In this document: positions 20,085 through 31,275 of the stretch, piece after piece
Position numbering within the stretch: the first letter of the stretch is position 1
Layout of the letters: each line of letters begins with the position of its first letter
Assembly: GCA_043719295.1 (NCBI GenBank)
Contig: JAYSUD010000006.1
Location: forward strand, 17,318 to 81,317
Origin: a bacterium
GTDB taxonomy: Bacteria > Patescibacteriota > Minisyncoccia > Phycocordibacterales > UBA918
Direction of reading: 5' to 3'
DNA length: 64,000 bases
Position numbers and translations under genes: made by a program
Notes under the pieces: model-generated
What the model was told of the DNA's origin: nothing
The model's database searches: none
The model's input: only the letters and a program-made list of their open reading frames with translations

Positions 20085-21794
20085 CTATAAAATGTCAACA
20101 ATTCGCAAACGCGTTTGCATCCGTCCCATAAAAAATGATTGCTCTACGTGTGCATAGAGATTAATCCGTTCACCTGCTTTCGGTACTTTTTTAAAGTCCT
20201 CAGGTTTCATAAAAAAAGCTATTGCCTCACCCGCTTGTCCGTCAGTATCAAAAATTAATTTTGTATGCTCTTTTACTTTCCCAAACGCTGCAACTGACTT
20301 TGGGGAAACATTTTCAAACAGGTACAATGGCTTAGGGTTTTTCATACCAAAAGGGGCGATACTTTTTTGCTCCTTAAGAAATCCATGGGTAATATCTGAA
20401 AGTGATAGTTCTGCATCAACTACAACATCTTGATGTACCATTGCCTTCTCGCCTAGTGCAGTAAATGCAACATTAAGAGCCTCACCAAGCGTATGAATAT
20501 GTGTATCACTAACACCAAAACCTCCCGACATATGGTGTCCCCCATAGTGTTCAAGAAACGGCGCCACTTCGTCCATGAGTGCAACTATACTAACGCTACC
20601 ATTTGAACGACACGAACCTTTGATGATCCCATTTCCATCTTTACCCCATACAAACGCTGGTTTGTTGTATTCTTCAGCAAGTTTATTTGCTACGAGCCCA
20701 ACAAGCGACGGTCGCCAAAGCGGATTCCCCATAAATAAAACTTCAGGAATTTCTGACATACTTAACATGCGTCTGTGCACCTCTTTAGTCATTGAAGCCA
20801 CGATTCCTTTTCGCTCATTGTTCAGTTTTTCAAGATGTAACACCAACGCCCCTGCTTCATTTTCATCTTTAGTTGATAACATTAAAAATGCATCCTCAGG
20901 TGAATCCATACGGGAAGCGGCATTGATGCGGGGACCAATTGTAAATCCAATATCATCTTCAGTGAGGTACTCAATGTTTGCTTTTTGCGCTCGCAACAAA
21001 TGCTGTAATCCGAGCCGACGTGACTTTCGCAATACCTGCAATCCATAAAACGCCAAGGCTCTGTTTTCTCCTACAAGCGGAACCATATCTGCAATGGTTG
21101 CGAGCGCGACCATATCAAGTAACCATTTTTCTTGTCCGGCTTTAAGCACTAGAATTTTTTCTTCTGTACCTTTTATGATGAGTGCTTGCACAAGTTTGTA
21201 GATGACCCCACTTCCGCAGAGCCCATCAAATGGATAGGTGTCACCAATTTTTGGGTTTACAATCGCAAATGCATTTGGGAGTGTTTCTTTAGGTTCATGA
21301 TGATCAGTGATGATTACATCAACACCGAGCTCAATACTTTTTTGCGTCGCTTCAAAATCAGTAGTACCACAATCAATAGTAATAATGAGACCAACTCCCT
21401 CTTGTGCGAGCTTTATACTTGCGTCCACATTAAATCCAAATCCTTCATAATGACGATGGGGAATGTAATTTTGAAAATTTGTGTACCCGATGGTTTTGAA
21501 AAAATCATGGAGAACCACAGCACCTGGAATGCCGTCACAGTCGTAGTCACTATAAATTGCGACGCGTTCATTGTCACGGATTGCTTTCAAAATTCGAATC
21601 ACTGCTTTTTCCATGTCATGAAGTAAAAAAGGATCGTGCAAATGTTCTTCATACGAAGGGTTCAAAAAAGCTACTGCCTCATTTTTGGTTTTGATTCCTC
21701 GCGTGAACATGAGTTGTTGCAAGTATGGACTATAATTTTCAAGTTCTTTTCTTACATCTTCTGAGATTTCTGGAGCGAGTACGTACTTTGACAT
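20085..21794 (-). CDS. recJ: Single-stranded DNA exonuclease RecJ
   Basis: YSDYDCDG, TIDCG, TDHH, PRINAASR, GGHHMSGG. Confidence 0.96.
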   Translation of the reverse strand: MSKYVLAPEISEDVRKELENYSPYLQQLMFTRGIKTKNEAVAFLNPSYEEHLHDPFLLHDMEKAVIRILKAIRDNERVAIYSDYDCDGIPGAVVLHDFFKTIGYTNFQNYIPHRHYEGFGFNVDASIKLAQEGVGLIITIDCGTTDFEATQKSIELGVDVIITDHHEPKETLPNAFAIVNPKIGDTYPFDGLCGSGVIYKLVQALIIKGTEEKILVLKAGQEKWLLDMVALATIADMVPLVGENRALAFYGLQVLRKSRRLGLQHLLRAQKANIEYLTEDDIGFTIGPRINAASRMDSPEDAFLMLSTKDENEAGALVLHLEKLNNERKGIVASMTKEVHRRMLSMSEIPEVLFMGNPLWRPSLVGLVANKLAEEYNKPAFVWGKDGNGIIKGSCRSNGSVSIVALMDEVAPFLEHYGGHHMSGGFGVSDTHIHTLGEALNVAFTALGEKAMVHQDVVVDAELSLSDITHGFLKEQKSIAPFGMKNPKPLYLFENVSPKSVAAFGKVKEHTKLIFDTDGQAGEAIAFFMKPEDFKKVPKAGERINLYAHVEQSFFMGRMQTRLRIVDIL

Positions 21795-21839
21795 ATTGGC
21801 TATGGTACCATGATGGAGTTATTGCTTATATATTCACAC

Positions 21840-22250
21840 ATGTCATCAATTTTCACCAAAATCATAAACCGCGAAATACCTGGTCATTTTATATATGAAG
21901 ACGAGTTTTGTGTCGCAATTTTAGATAAGTTCCCGGCAGTTAAAGGTCAGTCGTTGGTTATCCCAAAAAAAGACATTGATTATGCATTTGATCTTGACGA
22001 CGATTCATACATTCATCTTTTCCAAATTGCTAAAAAAATCGCAAAAGCTTCAGACCAAGCACTTAATGCAGTACGCACCTGCTTAGTAGTTGAAGGATTT
22101 GATGTCCCCCATGTGCATATTAAAATCTATCCAATGCAAGATACAAACGAAGCACTTGGTGCAATAATGCCTAGAGGAAAAGAAGCAAACGACGAGGATC
22201 TGGCTGTTGTAGCCATGCAAATTACAAAGGCGTTAGAAGAGATTGTCTAA
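21840..22250 (+). CDS. HIT family nucleotide hydrolase
   Basis: SIFTKIINREIP, VPHVHIK. Confidence 0.9.
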   Translation: MSSIFTKIINREIPGHFIYEDEFCVAILDKFPAVKGQSLVIPKKDIDYAFDLDDDSYIHLFQIAKKIAKASDQALNAVRTCLVVEGFDVPHVHIKIYPMQDTNEALGAIMPRGKEANDEDLAVVAMQITKALEEIV

Positions 22251-22316
22251 TTTCTTTAGCTTCCATCACGAAAAAACGGCCGAGGCCGTTTTTTTTGTGA
22301 TGAGCAAGTTTAAGTG

Positions 22317-23462
22317 TTACGATTTTTGTGCTTTAAGCAAAGCGTCTAAGGCCGGAAGTGATCCAAGTTCCAAGAACGTAAGCATTGCTCCTCCTGCGGT
22401 TGAAAGAAAACTATATTGATCTTCGTTATGAAGTGACTCTATTGAGGCTACAGTATCACCTCCACCAATAACTGAATATGCATCTGACTTTGCAATTAAG
22501 TGTGCACAGGCAAGTGTCTGATCTTTGAACCCTCCTTCATAATTCCCCAATGGTCCATTCCACAAAATAGTTCCTGCATTTTGAATATAGGGTTCAAGCA
22601 TTGTGAGTGTCGCAGGGCCCGCATCTAAAATTGACTCAATTTTTTGTACAGCTTCAAGACTTGCAACTCTTTGACTCCCTTCAGTACTCACCACAACATC
22701 AGTTGGGAGTAGAATTTTAGGGTGTGTAAGAAGTGGACTGCTTTCTAGACTCATGTCTGACACTAGCGACGTTCCGACTTCATACCCTTTTGCTTTAAAG
22801 AAGTCATTAGCTAATGCACCAGCAATAAACACATGGTCATACAGAGCTAGGAACTTTTCTACCAATGGCATTTTTGTTTCAAACTTTGCTCCTCCGAGAA
22901 TAAACAGTGATGGTGAAACGGGTTGGAGTGCTTTTGATAATTCTTCATATTCATGTGCAAAGTTAATCCCAACGTATGAAGGTAATAAATCACAAATTGC
23001 ATGTAATGATGCATGCTCTCGATGCGAAGCGGCGAAATCATCATTAACAAAAATATCTGCAAGCGATGCAAGCTCTTGTGCAAACGGCACGTCATTTGAA
23101 AGCTCACGTTCGTCTTTTCGTACGTTCTCAAGTAAGAGTGCTTCACCATTTTGAAGTGTATTACGAAGTGAAGTTGTGGCTTCACCGGTAACTTCAGGCG
23201 AAAGTGTGACTTTTATACTTTTTTTAAGAATCTCAAACACAGGTGCAATACTTTGCGTACCATCTTTACCTAAGTGACTGCAAATAATAACCTTCGCCCC
23301 CTTCTCACATAAATACGTAATGGTCTCTAGACTTTGCGTGATACGAAATACGTCGAGCACAACTCCATCTTTTGTGGGTACGTTTAGTGCAGAACGCACA
23401 AACACAAACTTTCCTTCTAAATCTACAACGTCAGTAATGCGAGGTAAATTATGATGTTGCAT
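22317..23462 (-). CDS. pgk: Phosphoglycerate kinase
   Basis: LLENVR, HREHAS, GGAK, WNGPLG, GGGDT, STAGGA. Confidence 0.96.
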   Translation of the reverse strand: MQHHNLPRITDVVDLEGKFVFVRSALNVPTKDGVVLDVFRITQSLETITYLCEKGAKVIICSHLGKDGTQSIAPVFEILKKSIKVTLSPEVTGEATTSLRNTLQNGEALLLENVRKDERELSNDVPFAQELASLADIFVNDDFAASHREHASLHAICDLLPSYVGINFAHEYEELSKALQPVSPSLFILGGAKFETKMPLVEKFLALYDHVFIAGALANDFFKAKGYEVGTSLVSDMSLESSPLLTHPKILLPTDVVVSTEGSQRVASLEAVQKIESILDAGPATLTMLEPYIQNAGTILWNGPLGNYEGGFKDQTLACAHLIAKSDAYSVIGGGDTVASIESLHNEDQYSFLSTAGGAMLTFLELGSLPALDALLKAQKS

Positions 23463-24243
23463 ACGTATCACTAATTTTAATAATTTGTGCGAACTCAAGA
23501 GATTTTAAACTCGCGCCTCCTACCAAGAAACCATCAGCTTTTCCTTCATATAACAAATTTTCTGCATTGTCAGCATTCACCGAACCCCCGTACAGTACTC
23601 TAACTTTAGACACAACACTTCTTCCAAAAAGATCAACCAGGCACTTCTGAATAAATAATTTCATTTCTTGTACATCTTCTGCTGTTGCATGTTTGTTTGT
23701 TCCAATTGCCCAAACAGGTTCATAGGCAAACACTAACCGATTAACGTGCACTTTTTTTAGAGTCGCACAGGCAGTTCGTAACTGCTCTTGGACTACATTG
23801 AAATAGTCTCCGTGGGTATCACGAACTGTTTCGCCAATACATACAACAGGAGTTAATCCAGCTTGCAAAACTGCTTCTGTCTTTTTACGAATTACTTCAT
23901 TTGTCTCACCATCTTTGCGTCGTTCACTGTGACCGACAATGACATATGAAACTCCAACGCTTTTAAGCATAGGAAGTGATGTCTCACCCGTATGTGCACC
24001 CTGTACCTCATAAGAAACGTCTTGCGCCCCAAGTGCCATACGAGTTTTTCCAACAATCTTTTGAAGACTTGTCAGATAGAGCGTGGGCGGCGCAATAACT
24101 ACTTGTGCATACGCATTTTTTGTTCCTATAGTTTTTTTAATGAGCGTTAAAAGTTGCGTAGCTTTTTCTACTGACTCTGGATTCATTTTCCAATTTCCGA
24201 TAATAAGTGGTATCTGCTTTTTTCCAAATGCTGTTTTTGCCAT
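23449..24243 (-). CDS. tpiA: Triosephosphate isomerase
   Basis: GNWKMN, GHSERR, AYEPVWAIGT, YGGSV, LVGGASL. Confidence 0.97.
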   Translation of the reverse strand: MAKTAFGKKQIPLIIGNWKMNPESVEKATQLLTLIKKTIGTKNAYAQVVIAPPTLYLTSLQKIVGKTRMALGAQDVSYEVQGAHTGETSLPMLKSVGVSYVIVGHSERRKDGETNEVIRKKTEAVLQAGLTPVVCIGETVRDTHGDYFNVVQEQLRTACATLKKVHVNRLVFAYEPVWAIGTNKHATAEDVQEMKLFIQKCLVDLFGRSVVSKVRVLYGGSVNADNAENLLYEGKADGFLVGGASLKSLEFAQIIKISDTYATS

Positions 24244-24367
24244 TGTTAAAAATTGTACCATGAAGGTCTAGAACAGACTTCTAATCGTCAAGCTGCGCTC
24301 TTTGGTTAATTAGCCTAAATCGAGATGGAACTTCGCCATTGTCGTTACATCAGATTGAGTAAGTTAA

Positions 24368-24489
24368 GCGTTCGAGAGTTCCCATTTTCTGCTGAACTTA
24401 CTGTAGAACACGGCTAACGCCGAGGTTCTACAGTAAGTTCTGGGTCAGCAGCAGAAAATCGGAACGAACTTCGCCATTGTCGCTACGCT
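24368..24489 (-). repeat. Family B structured element, copy 1 (partial tandem head at 24328-24348)
   Basis: AGCGTAGCGACAATGGCGAAGTTC-GTTCC..CTGACCCAGAAC-stem-GTTCAGC..GGAACTCTCGAACGC on the minus strand, just after the PilX-like stop. Confidence 0.75.
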
Positions 24490-24496
24490 CTGTGGC

Positions 24497-25894
24497 TCAG
24501 TTCACTTCGCGCCATTCGATAAACTCATAGGTATCAGAAGTCTCAGGCGTCAACGGTGGTGGATCCGATACAAGATCTCTATCGTATGAATTGTATCGAG
24601 TGTTAAAACCTGAAGTATACACACCTAAATTATTTACCCATTTTGTACCTTCACGTCCATTTGAAACAATAGTGCCATTTATGGTCAGAGAATTACGTTT
24701 AATATATGCTCGCCAAGAAGCGGGTATAGATGTATCGAAATGATTACGTCCAAAGTGACCTAATTGCGCCATAAAAATACCGTTAAGAGTCATATTATCA
24801 GGAACCTCCAAACCAATGAGTACATCATACTCCCCTATTGCAAGTAATCCTGAATTCGCGTCTGCGTATGTAATATTATTGTTCAATATTATTGACGGAT
24901 CTCTTCCAACTGTGTCGACATCAGCAACCGCAAGAGTGACCTTACCTTTTACAACTCCTTCAAGCCATACTTGATCCTCAACATAAATAACTGCACACCC
25001 AGTTGGAATTGGGTAATTTCCAAGTAACGTAGTCCCATTAAGAATATGCATATAGCGACCCCATGCGTATCCGTTTGGCTCATTATGCTTGCTGTTCACT
25101 CTACGTACATCATACGTACCATTTGATTTAAAAATAATATGGTATCCAGATCTTCCTGAAGGGCCAAAATATCTTCCACCTGCATTTTGTGCTTTATATT
25201 GCATATCCGCTAAATCAACCGTAATACCAGTGAAGTTAATTGGGGTCGAAGGATATGACCATAAATCAAAATTTGCTCCTGCGCCAAATACACCTGCTCT
25301 AGTAGTAGTTGGAGTGCATCCAAAACTTGGTGTACATGACCAGGTTTCTTGACCACTGGTTACGGTTGAGTTATTGGTTCCATCCATGCGGATTCCCCCA
25401 TTGGAGTGGTAGGGTCCTACAATCACTCTGTCAGCCCCTGCCCACACATTAGAGTTTATAATGTATGCGTATTCAGCTACAGTTGGCTGCGCATACCGAC
25501 CATACACCGTACGTCCATAGTTTGGCTCAGCATAGGTTTTCCCTGTTGAAACTATATCAACCGCATATGTTTCTCCACATGCACTTGAACTTGCAACCGT
25601 GAGTGAATATTCTCCAATTGGTCCACCCTCAGGATCAGAATATACACCAACATACGGCCCTGCAACTCCAGTGCCGTTTGTTACATTGCCAGGGTTATGG
25701 GCTAAAAACCATTTGTAATAATTTAATCCTGCTTCTGCAATATCAATAGCTTGCTCTCTATGGTAGTTGATAATCTGTGATCTGTGTTGCGTTACGATAA
25801 AGCTGATAAATGCAGCAATCATCGTGAGAAAAATTGATCCAAATACTAAAATAAGGACTAACAGATACCCATGATGTTGTTTATATGTTTGCAT
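24497..25894 (-). CDS. PilX-like minor pilin
   Basis: G|YLLVLIL without Glu5; AEAGL motif. Confidence 0.8.
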   Translation of the reverse strand: MQTYKQHHGYLLVLILVFGSIFLTMIAAFISFIVTQHRSQIINYHREQAIDIAEAGLNYYKWFLAHNPGNVTNGTGVAGPYVGVYSDPEGGPIGEYSLTVASSSACGETYAVDIVSTGKTYAEPNYGRTVYGRYAQPTVAEYAYIINSNVWAGADRVIVGPYHSNGGIRMDGTNNSTVTSGQETWSCTPSFGCTPTTTRAGVFGAGANFDLWSYPSTPINFTGITVDLADMQYKAQNAGGRYFGPSGRSGYHIIFKSNGTYDVRRVNSKHNEPNGYAWGRYMHILNGTTLLGNYPIPTGCAVIYVEDQVWLEGVVKGKVTLAVADVDTVGRDPSIILNNNITYADANSGLLAIGEYDVLIGLEVPDNMTLNGIFMAQLGHFGRNHFDTSIPASWRAYIKRNSLTINGTIVSNGREGTKWVNNLGVYTSGFNTRYNSYDRDLVSDPPPLTPETSDTYEFIEWREVN

Positions 25895-26520
25895 TATAAG
25901 TTGTCTTTTAGATTACGTAATGCCGCAGCACTTCTGAGCATAAATTGCCCAGGATCACGAACAGGATCAACGTTCACAATTATTTGTGCTCCTACATATA
26001 CTATATCAGTAACAGTACTCGTTGGAGTCCTAAGTTTTCCTGTATTGTCGTAATAGAAAAAAGTTGAAGTTGCCTGATTCAGATTCTGCACATAGTTTGA
26101 AAGGAGATATGTTGCCTCAGCTGTTGTTGAATATACTGGGGGATTCCCGACAGCCCCATACACACGTTTAGTAAGTCGTGTCGTAGTTGATAGCTCGTAT
26201 TCAACATACTCAACACTATCGTCTCTATCAATATCACTATAAAAACCAATTTTGTGGGGTTGCATAATGGCAAGTGGAAAAGTACCATCATCTGCGAACG
26301 TCATTTCTCGAATATCACGAATGAGTGCATCCATACCTTTTCGTGCATTATCTACCTGTGATGACTGAGCAATTGAATACGCATTATGTCGATAGAATGT
26401 CAGGATACTTTGCGTAAGTGCCAACATAACTACTGTAAAAATTCCTAATACAACTACAGTCTCTACAAGAGTAAATCCAGAAGTGTTTTGTCTGTATAAA
26501 TTTTTAATAGTCATACACAT
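25894..26520 (-). CDS. PilW/PulJ-like minor pilin
   Basis: G|FTLVE prepilin motif. Confidence 0.85.
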   Translation of the reverse strand: MCMTIKNLYRQNTSGFTLVETVVVLGIFTVVMLALTQSILTFYRHNAYSIAQSSQVDNARKGMDALIRDIREMTFADDGTFPLAIMQPHKIGFYSDIDRDDSVEYVEYELSTTTRLTKRVYGAVGNPPVYSTTAEATYLLSNYVQNLNQATSTFFYYDNTGKLRTPTSTVTDIVYVGAQIIVNVDPVRDPGQFMLRSAAALRNLKDNL

Positions 26521-26521
26521 A

Positions 26522-28279
26522 TTATGAACTTACAAGAGTCACTATAATTGATTCAGTCCCATCAACAGTAAGCGCTGTTTGTGTCTGACTTACATATCCA
26601 AATGCTGTAACCGTAAGGTCATAGTCAATAGCTGATGTTAACCCACTATTAAATATACTTTGACCACACGAAGAGGTTATTTTTGTTTGATTAAAACCGC
26701 CTCGACTTAATTGTACAGATGCGTTAGGAATATCATTACCCGCAGTATCTATAACTGATACACGAAATGAATACGTCGTCGCTGGAGCGAGTGTGAGTGT
26801 GAGTGTTTCGGTTACTCCAGGAGCTAGTGCATACGGAATATTTTTACATGACTCTGCAACGTCGTATGCTGGATTTGAAACTAGCACATCATACACATCC
26901 CACTCCAAAGAAGGGAGTAAGATCGCTCCACTTCCATTGGTGGTAACAGAATTGGTATATTTATATACAGGAGTTGCTCCATTTGTACCTATCCTTTTTG
27001 TCCCCGTTATTGTGAGAGGAATACCCGCAAGTTCAGTTTTGGATTGTGTGTAAGCTACCTTCCATGACGCAAGCGTAGGAGTTGTCACTGAGCTTGAACT
27101 ATACAAAGAGGTGCCAATAGCAATGGAAGGATATGTACTTACATCAAGTGATGCAAGTGATACTGTGCCCAAGTCAAAACCAGCAGTGTTCCCAGGAAGG
27201 ACTGCATCAGGGATAAGAAGTGGAGATGAAGTCCCTGTTCTGCTATACACATGGACTCTCAGAGACGTTCCTGCTGGAGTAGTCCCTTCTGTTGAAAATG
27301 TATCCCATGAGGATAGTGGACTTGGTGTAATGGTATTTGAAAGAATAGTCCCTTTTGGACTATAGCTACTTGGTCCACCCGACAACAGTACATCTCCAGA
27401 AGACAACACTATGTTACTTGTAGTTGCAACAGCACTTGCATCAATGAAGGTGTCCACAAAAGAATCTGTACTTGGCACTGCCATAGTTTGTATTGCAAGA
27501 GAACTTAATCTATCAATCTGAAAATTCATTGTAGACACTTGGCTTTCAAGTACCGCAACATGGGGTGTTATTGGGTTTGGGTTGGTAGTTGAGGAGTTGT
27601 ATGTTTGATCAACTGAATAGCCGACGTTGGAGACAGTAATCTGATAACCCCCATTTGCAGGTGCCCCGGAAAAAAAAGCAATCCCGTCGATGTTTGTATA
27701 CCGAGTTGTATCTATGGTAGTGGTTCCCGTATTATTATAAACACGAACCGCTGCACCAGATACAGGTAACACTGCAGCATCAAATACATTAACCACCAAG
27801 GTACCTCCTCCGGCTGTTGTCTCAATACCTCGAGGAATAATATTTGAAAGAAGTGATATGGTTTTAATTACTCCTTTTTGATCCCAACTATATGAGACTT
27901 TAGCAAGCTTATAATCAGCCAAAATAGCGTTGCTGTCTGAAGCGCCACTACCATCTTTTGGATCATCAACATACCCAATTAAAATCCGTTCTGTATAGGT
28001 TACTCCGTTAAGTGTTTTTGTTGCAGTCTGTGGAATGAGTCCATTGGGGATACCACTAATAGTTCCAACACTATCGTATGGAAGCGAACGGATATATTCC
28101 ATTCTTTCATTTGCCAAAGATACAGCACCTGCTTGAGCTTTAGAAGAACCAATGAGTGTCGATATTGTTTGCAGTGCTGAAAAGATTCCACCAAATACCA
28201 AAAGCATCAAAGCAGCAGCAAACACAACTTCAATGAGTGTCATCCCGCGCTTATTATATCCTTGGTGACAAGATGCCAT
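26522..28279 (-). CDS. Large PilV-like minor pilin with carboxypeptidase-regulatory-like beta domains
   Basis: G|MTLIE; LANERMEYIRSLPY; two PVSGAAV / IPNASV-type beta-sandwich motifs. Confidence 0.8.
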   Translation of the reverse strand: MASCHQGYNKRGMTLIEVVFAAALMLLVFGGIFSALQTISTLIGSSKAQAGAVSLANERMEYIRSLPYDSVGTISGIPNGLIPQTATKTLNGVTYTERILIGYVDDPKDGSGASDSNAILADYKLAKVSYSWDQKGVIKTISLLSNIIPRGIETTAGGGTLVVNVFDAAVLPVSGAAVRVYNNTGTTTIDTTRYTNIDGIAFFSGAPANGGYQITVSNVGYSVDQTYNSSTTNPNPITPHVAVLESQVSTMNFQIDRLSSLAIQTMAVPSTDSFVDTFIDASAVATTSNIVLSSGDVLLSGGPSSYSPKGTILSNTITPSPLSSWDTFSTEGTTPAGTSLRVHVYSRTGTSSPLLIPDAVLPGNTAGFDLGTVSLASLDVSTYPSIAIGTSLYSSSSVTTPTLASWKVAYTQSKTELAGIPLTITGTKRIGTNGATPVYKYTNSVTTNGSGAILLPSLEWDVYDVLVSNPAYDVAESCKNIPYALAPGVTETLTLTLAPATTYSFRVSVIDTAGNDIPNASVQLSRGGFNQTKITSSCGQSIFNSGLTSAIDYDLTVTAFGYVSQTQTALTVDGTESIIVTLVSS

Positions 28280-28285
28280 AAATAT

Positions 28286-29512
28286 TTAAATTGCATCGGC
28301 AATTGAGTAGATTGGGGCAATCATTGCAAGCGCAAAGAAGCCAACAGTACCTCCGATAACAACCATCAAAAGTGGTTCAATAATAGTTGAAAGATCTTTG
28401 GTCTTGTGCTCAACTTCAGTTTCATAGAAAACTGCAAGTTCTTTAAGCATGTTTGAGATTTGTCCCGTCTCTTCTCCCACGGCAATCATCTCTCCAACAA
28501 GAATCGGATACAGGTCTCTACGCTCAATAAAGGTTTCAGAGAGTGGTGTTCCCTTTTCGACTCTTCGTCCCGCTTCAGCAATAATTTTTTTGTAGTAATA
28601 GTTTTGGACAACATCTTCCGTAATAGCAAGCGAACGAAGTACATCAACGCCTGATGATAACAACGACGACAGTGTACGAGCCATTGATGCTGCATTTGCT
28701 TCCTTTGCAATCTTTCCAATAATTGGCAAGCGCACCACAAGCCAAGAAGTAACTCTTTTTCCAATTTTGGTATGAAGTGCATATATGAACCCAAAAATGA
28801 AACCAAACATCGAGCTAAGTGCTACAACAGTATGTTCAGTCATAAATTCACTTGCGGCGATAAGTGCCTTGGTTGTGGCAGGTAACTCTGAACCAAGACT
28901 TTTAAAGGTTCCTGTAATAGACGGCATCACGTAGATCATCATTAAAATTCCAATACCGAACATAATAACAATGACGATAGTGGGGTAGATCATGGCGCCC
29001 TTGATTTTCTTTTTAAGTGACGATGCACGCTCCATCTGAACACTCAATATTTGTAAAGTATCAGAAAGCGAACCACTCTCTTCACCGGCACGCACCATTG
29101 CCACATACAAATCGTTAAAAGTTTTTGGAAACTCTGCAAGGGCTTCATTAAATTGATCACCTTTGGTGATACGTGCTTGAATCTGCTTTAAAATACCTCT
29201 TAAGCGAGGATTTGTACTTTGCCGTTCAATAACAGAAAGTGCGCGTGACAACGGGAGTCCTGCAATAAGCATTGAACCCAAGTTACGAGTAACCATCACA
29301 AGTTCGTCTTGTTTAACCCGACTGAGATAATAGTTAACTTTTTCAATATCAAAGTAGCGTTGTATAGAGAAACCCTTTCCTTCATCAATTGAGGAAACGG
29401 TATGCCCTTCTTTCCGTGCAATCTCATACACTGCAAAACGATCAGTTGCTTCAACCGTCTTAGTTATTTTCAAACCGTCTGTGGTTTCACCTTGGTATGT
29501 AAATTTTCCCAT
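28286..29512 (-). CDS. pilC: Type IV pilus platform protein PilC/GspF
   Basis: AGEESGSL, GAMIYP, VGEETG, IIEP. Confidence 0.93.
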   Translation of the reverse strand: MGKFTYQGETTDGLKITKTVEATDRFAVYEIARKEGHTVSSIDEGKGFSIQRYFDIEKVNYYLSRVKQDELVMVTRNLGSMLIAGLPLSRALSVIERQSTNPRLRGILKQIQARITKGDQFNEALAEFPKTFNDLYVAMVRAGEESGSLSDTLQILSVQMERASSLKKKIKGAMIYPTIVIVIMFGIGILMMIYVMPSITGTFKSLGSELPATTKALIAASEFMTEHTVVALSSMFGFIFGFIYALHTKIGKRVTSWLVVRLPIIGKIAKEANAASMARTLSSLLSSGVDVLRSLAITEDVVQNYYYKKIIAEAGRRVEKGTPLSETFIERRDLYPILVGEMIAVGEETGQISNMLKELAVFYETEVEHKTKDLSTIIEPLLMVVIGGTVGFFALAMIAPIYSIADAI

Positions 29513-29520
29513 TGATTTTA

Positions 29521-31275
29521 CTATTCGTTAATAACACGCAACACTTCTTCAATACTCGTGAGTCCTCGTGACGCTTTATAAATTCCATCTTCAAGCATCG
29601 TAAGCATCCCTTCTTTTTTGGCTTGCGTTTCAATATCGTCTGCAGTAGCGTTCGCCATAACCATATCTTTAAGTGTTGGAGTCATCGGCAACACTTCATG
29701 AATGCCCGCGCGGCCCTTGTATCCATCATCTTGAGCAGTTGTCCCAGCAACAGGTCGATAAAATGGAATTGAATTCCACGAAGTTCCCGCTTTCACAATT
29801 CCTTCTTCAACCATTGTTGCTAAAATTTTATCGAGGTCAGCATGTTTACCAAGCTCTGTTTTTTCAGTTGCACTTAACGTATATGCTTCTTTTGTTTCAG
29901 TAAGTTTCCGCACCAAACGTTGCCCAACTGCTACACGCAATGTTGAAACCAAGAGAAATGATTCAACTCCCATATCCATCAATCGCGCTACCGTACCTGA
30001 AGAAGAGTTCGTGTGGACCGTTGCAAGCACCATGTGCCCGGTAAGGGCTGCATTAATTGCCAAGTTTGCTGTTTCTTGATCACGAATCTCTCCAATCATG
30101 ATGATATCGGGGTCTTGTCGCATTAACGATCGCAAGCCAGAGGCAAACGTGAAACCTATTTCAGGCTTGACCTGTGTCTGATTGATACGAGGCATCTGAT
30201 ATTCAATTGGGTCTTCAATAGTTGAGATATTTACCTCTGGCGTATTAAGAAGGTCCAAGACTGTATAGAGCGTTGTAGTTTTTCCACTCCCTGTTGGACC
30301 GGTAACCAAAATAATACCGGTTGTTTGCTTCATGGCATTATGCAAACGCTCAAGCGTAGTCCCGTGGAATCCTGCACCTTCAAGGGTAAAACCGGAGCGA
30401 TTTTCTCGGAGTAACCGCATTACTACCTTTTCACCAAAGAAAATAGGGAGCATTGAAACTCTAAATGAAACTTTTTGTCCGTCCATCTCCATTTTAAATC
30501 TTCCATCTTGAGGAAGTCGCTTTTGATCAAGCTTTAAATTTGAAAGCACTTTAAGTCGCGCAACAATAGTTGATGACGCATGTTTTGGAAGCGTCATGGT
30601 ATCGTGCAAAATACCGTCAATACGATAGCGAACCAAAACTTCGTTCTCCATTGGTTCAATATGAATATCAGAAGCACCTTGAATAATTGCATGACGTAAC
30701 AACGTGTCTACAATGCGTACTACCGGCAGGTCTTCTGCCATTTTTTTTAAGTCAGCTTCAGTAGCTTCTTCACCGGATTCAGTTTGAATAACCTTTAACG
30801 CTGAGGTCTCCTTCATGATGATGTCGCCGAACTCATCTTTAAGTGTCTTTTGGTACTGTCGCAATGCTTCACGCATTGATTCGCTGTCAGTAAGGCGAGG
30901 AAAGATCTTAAGTCCAACTTTTTTCTTAATGAAGTCAATTGCCGGTAAGTCAGCAGTATCAAGCATTGCAACTTCAAGAGAATCAGCATTCTTCTTATAC
31001 GCGATAATGTTGTGGTTACGCGCTACTGGTTCAGGAATGATTGAAAGTATTTCAAAATCTACTTTAATACCTTTAAGTGACACAAAGGGAATTCCGAGCA
31101 CATATGACTCTACGCGTCGCATGTCGTCTTCAGTCATATGTCCTCCTGCAATCAAAGCTTCTGCAAGGGTTCTTTTTTCTTCTTTGGCAACTTTTTCTGA
31201 CGCAACCAAATCAGCTTTCGGAACTAATCCCGAATCAATTACAAACCGTTTCAATTGTTCATCTTGTATACGCAT
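29521..31275 (-). CDS. pilB: Type IV pilus assembly ATPase PilB/GspE
   Basis: ASDIHIEP, PQDGR, GPTGSGKT, RQDPD..GEIRD, TGH. Confidence 0.95.
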   Translation of the reverse strand: MRIQDEQLKRFVIDSGLVPKADLVASEKVAKEEKRTLAEALIAGGHMTEDDMRRVESYVLGIPFVSLKGIKVDFEILSIIPEPVARNHNIIAYKKNADSLEVAMLDTADLPAIDFIKKKVGLKIFPRLTDSESMREALRQYQKTLKDEFGDIIMKETSALKVIQTESGEEATEADLKKMAEDLPVVRIVDTLLRHAIIQGASDIHIEPMENEVLVRYRIDGILHDTMTLPKHASSTIVARLKVLSNLKLDQKRLPQDGRFKMEMDGQKVSFRVSMLPIFFGEKVVMRLLRENRSGFTLEGAGFHGTTLERLHNAMKQTTGIILVTGPTGSGKTTTLYTVLDLLNTPEVNISTIEDPIEYQMPRINQTQVKPEIGFTFASGLRSLMRQDPDIIMIGEIRDQETANLAINAALTGHMVLATVHTNSSSGTVARLMDMGVESFLLVSTLRVAVGQRLVRKLTETKEAYTLSATEKTELGKHADLDKILATMVEEGIVKAGTSWNSIPFYRPVAGTTAQDDGYKGRAGIHEVLPMTPTLKDMVMANATADDIETQAKKEGMLTMLEDGIYKASRGLTSIEEVLRVINE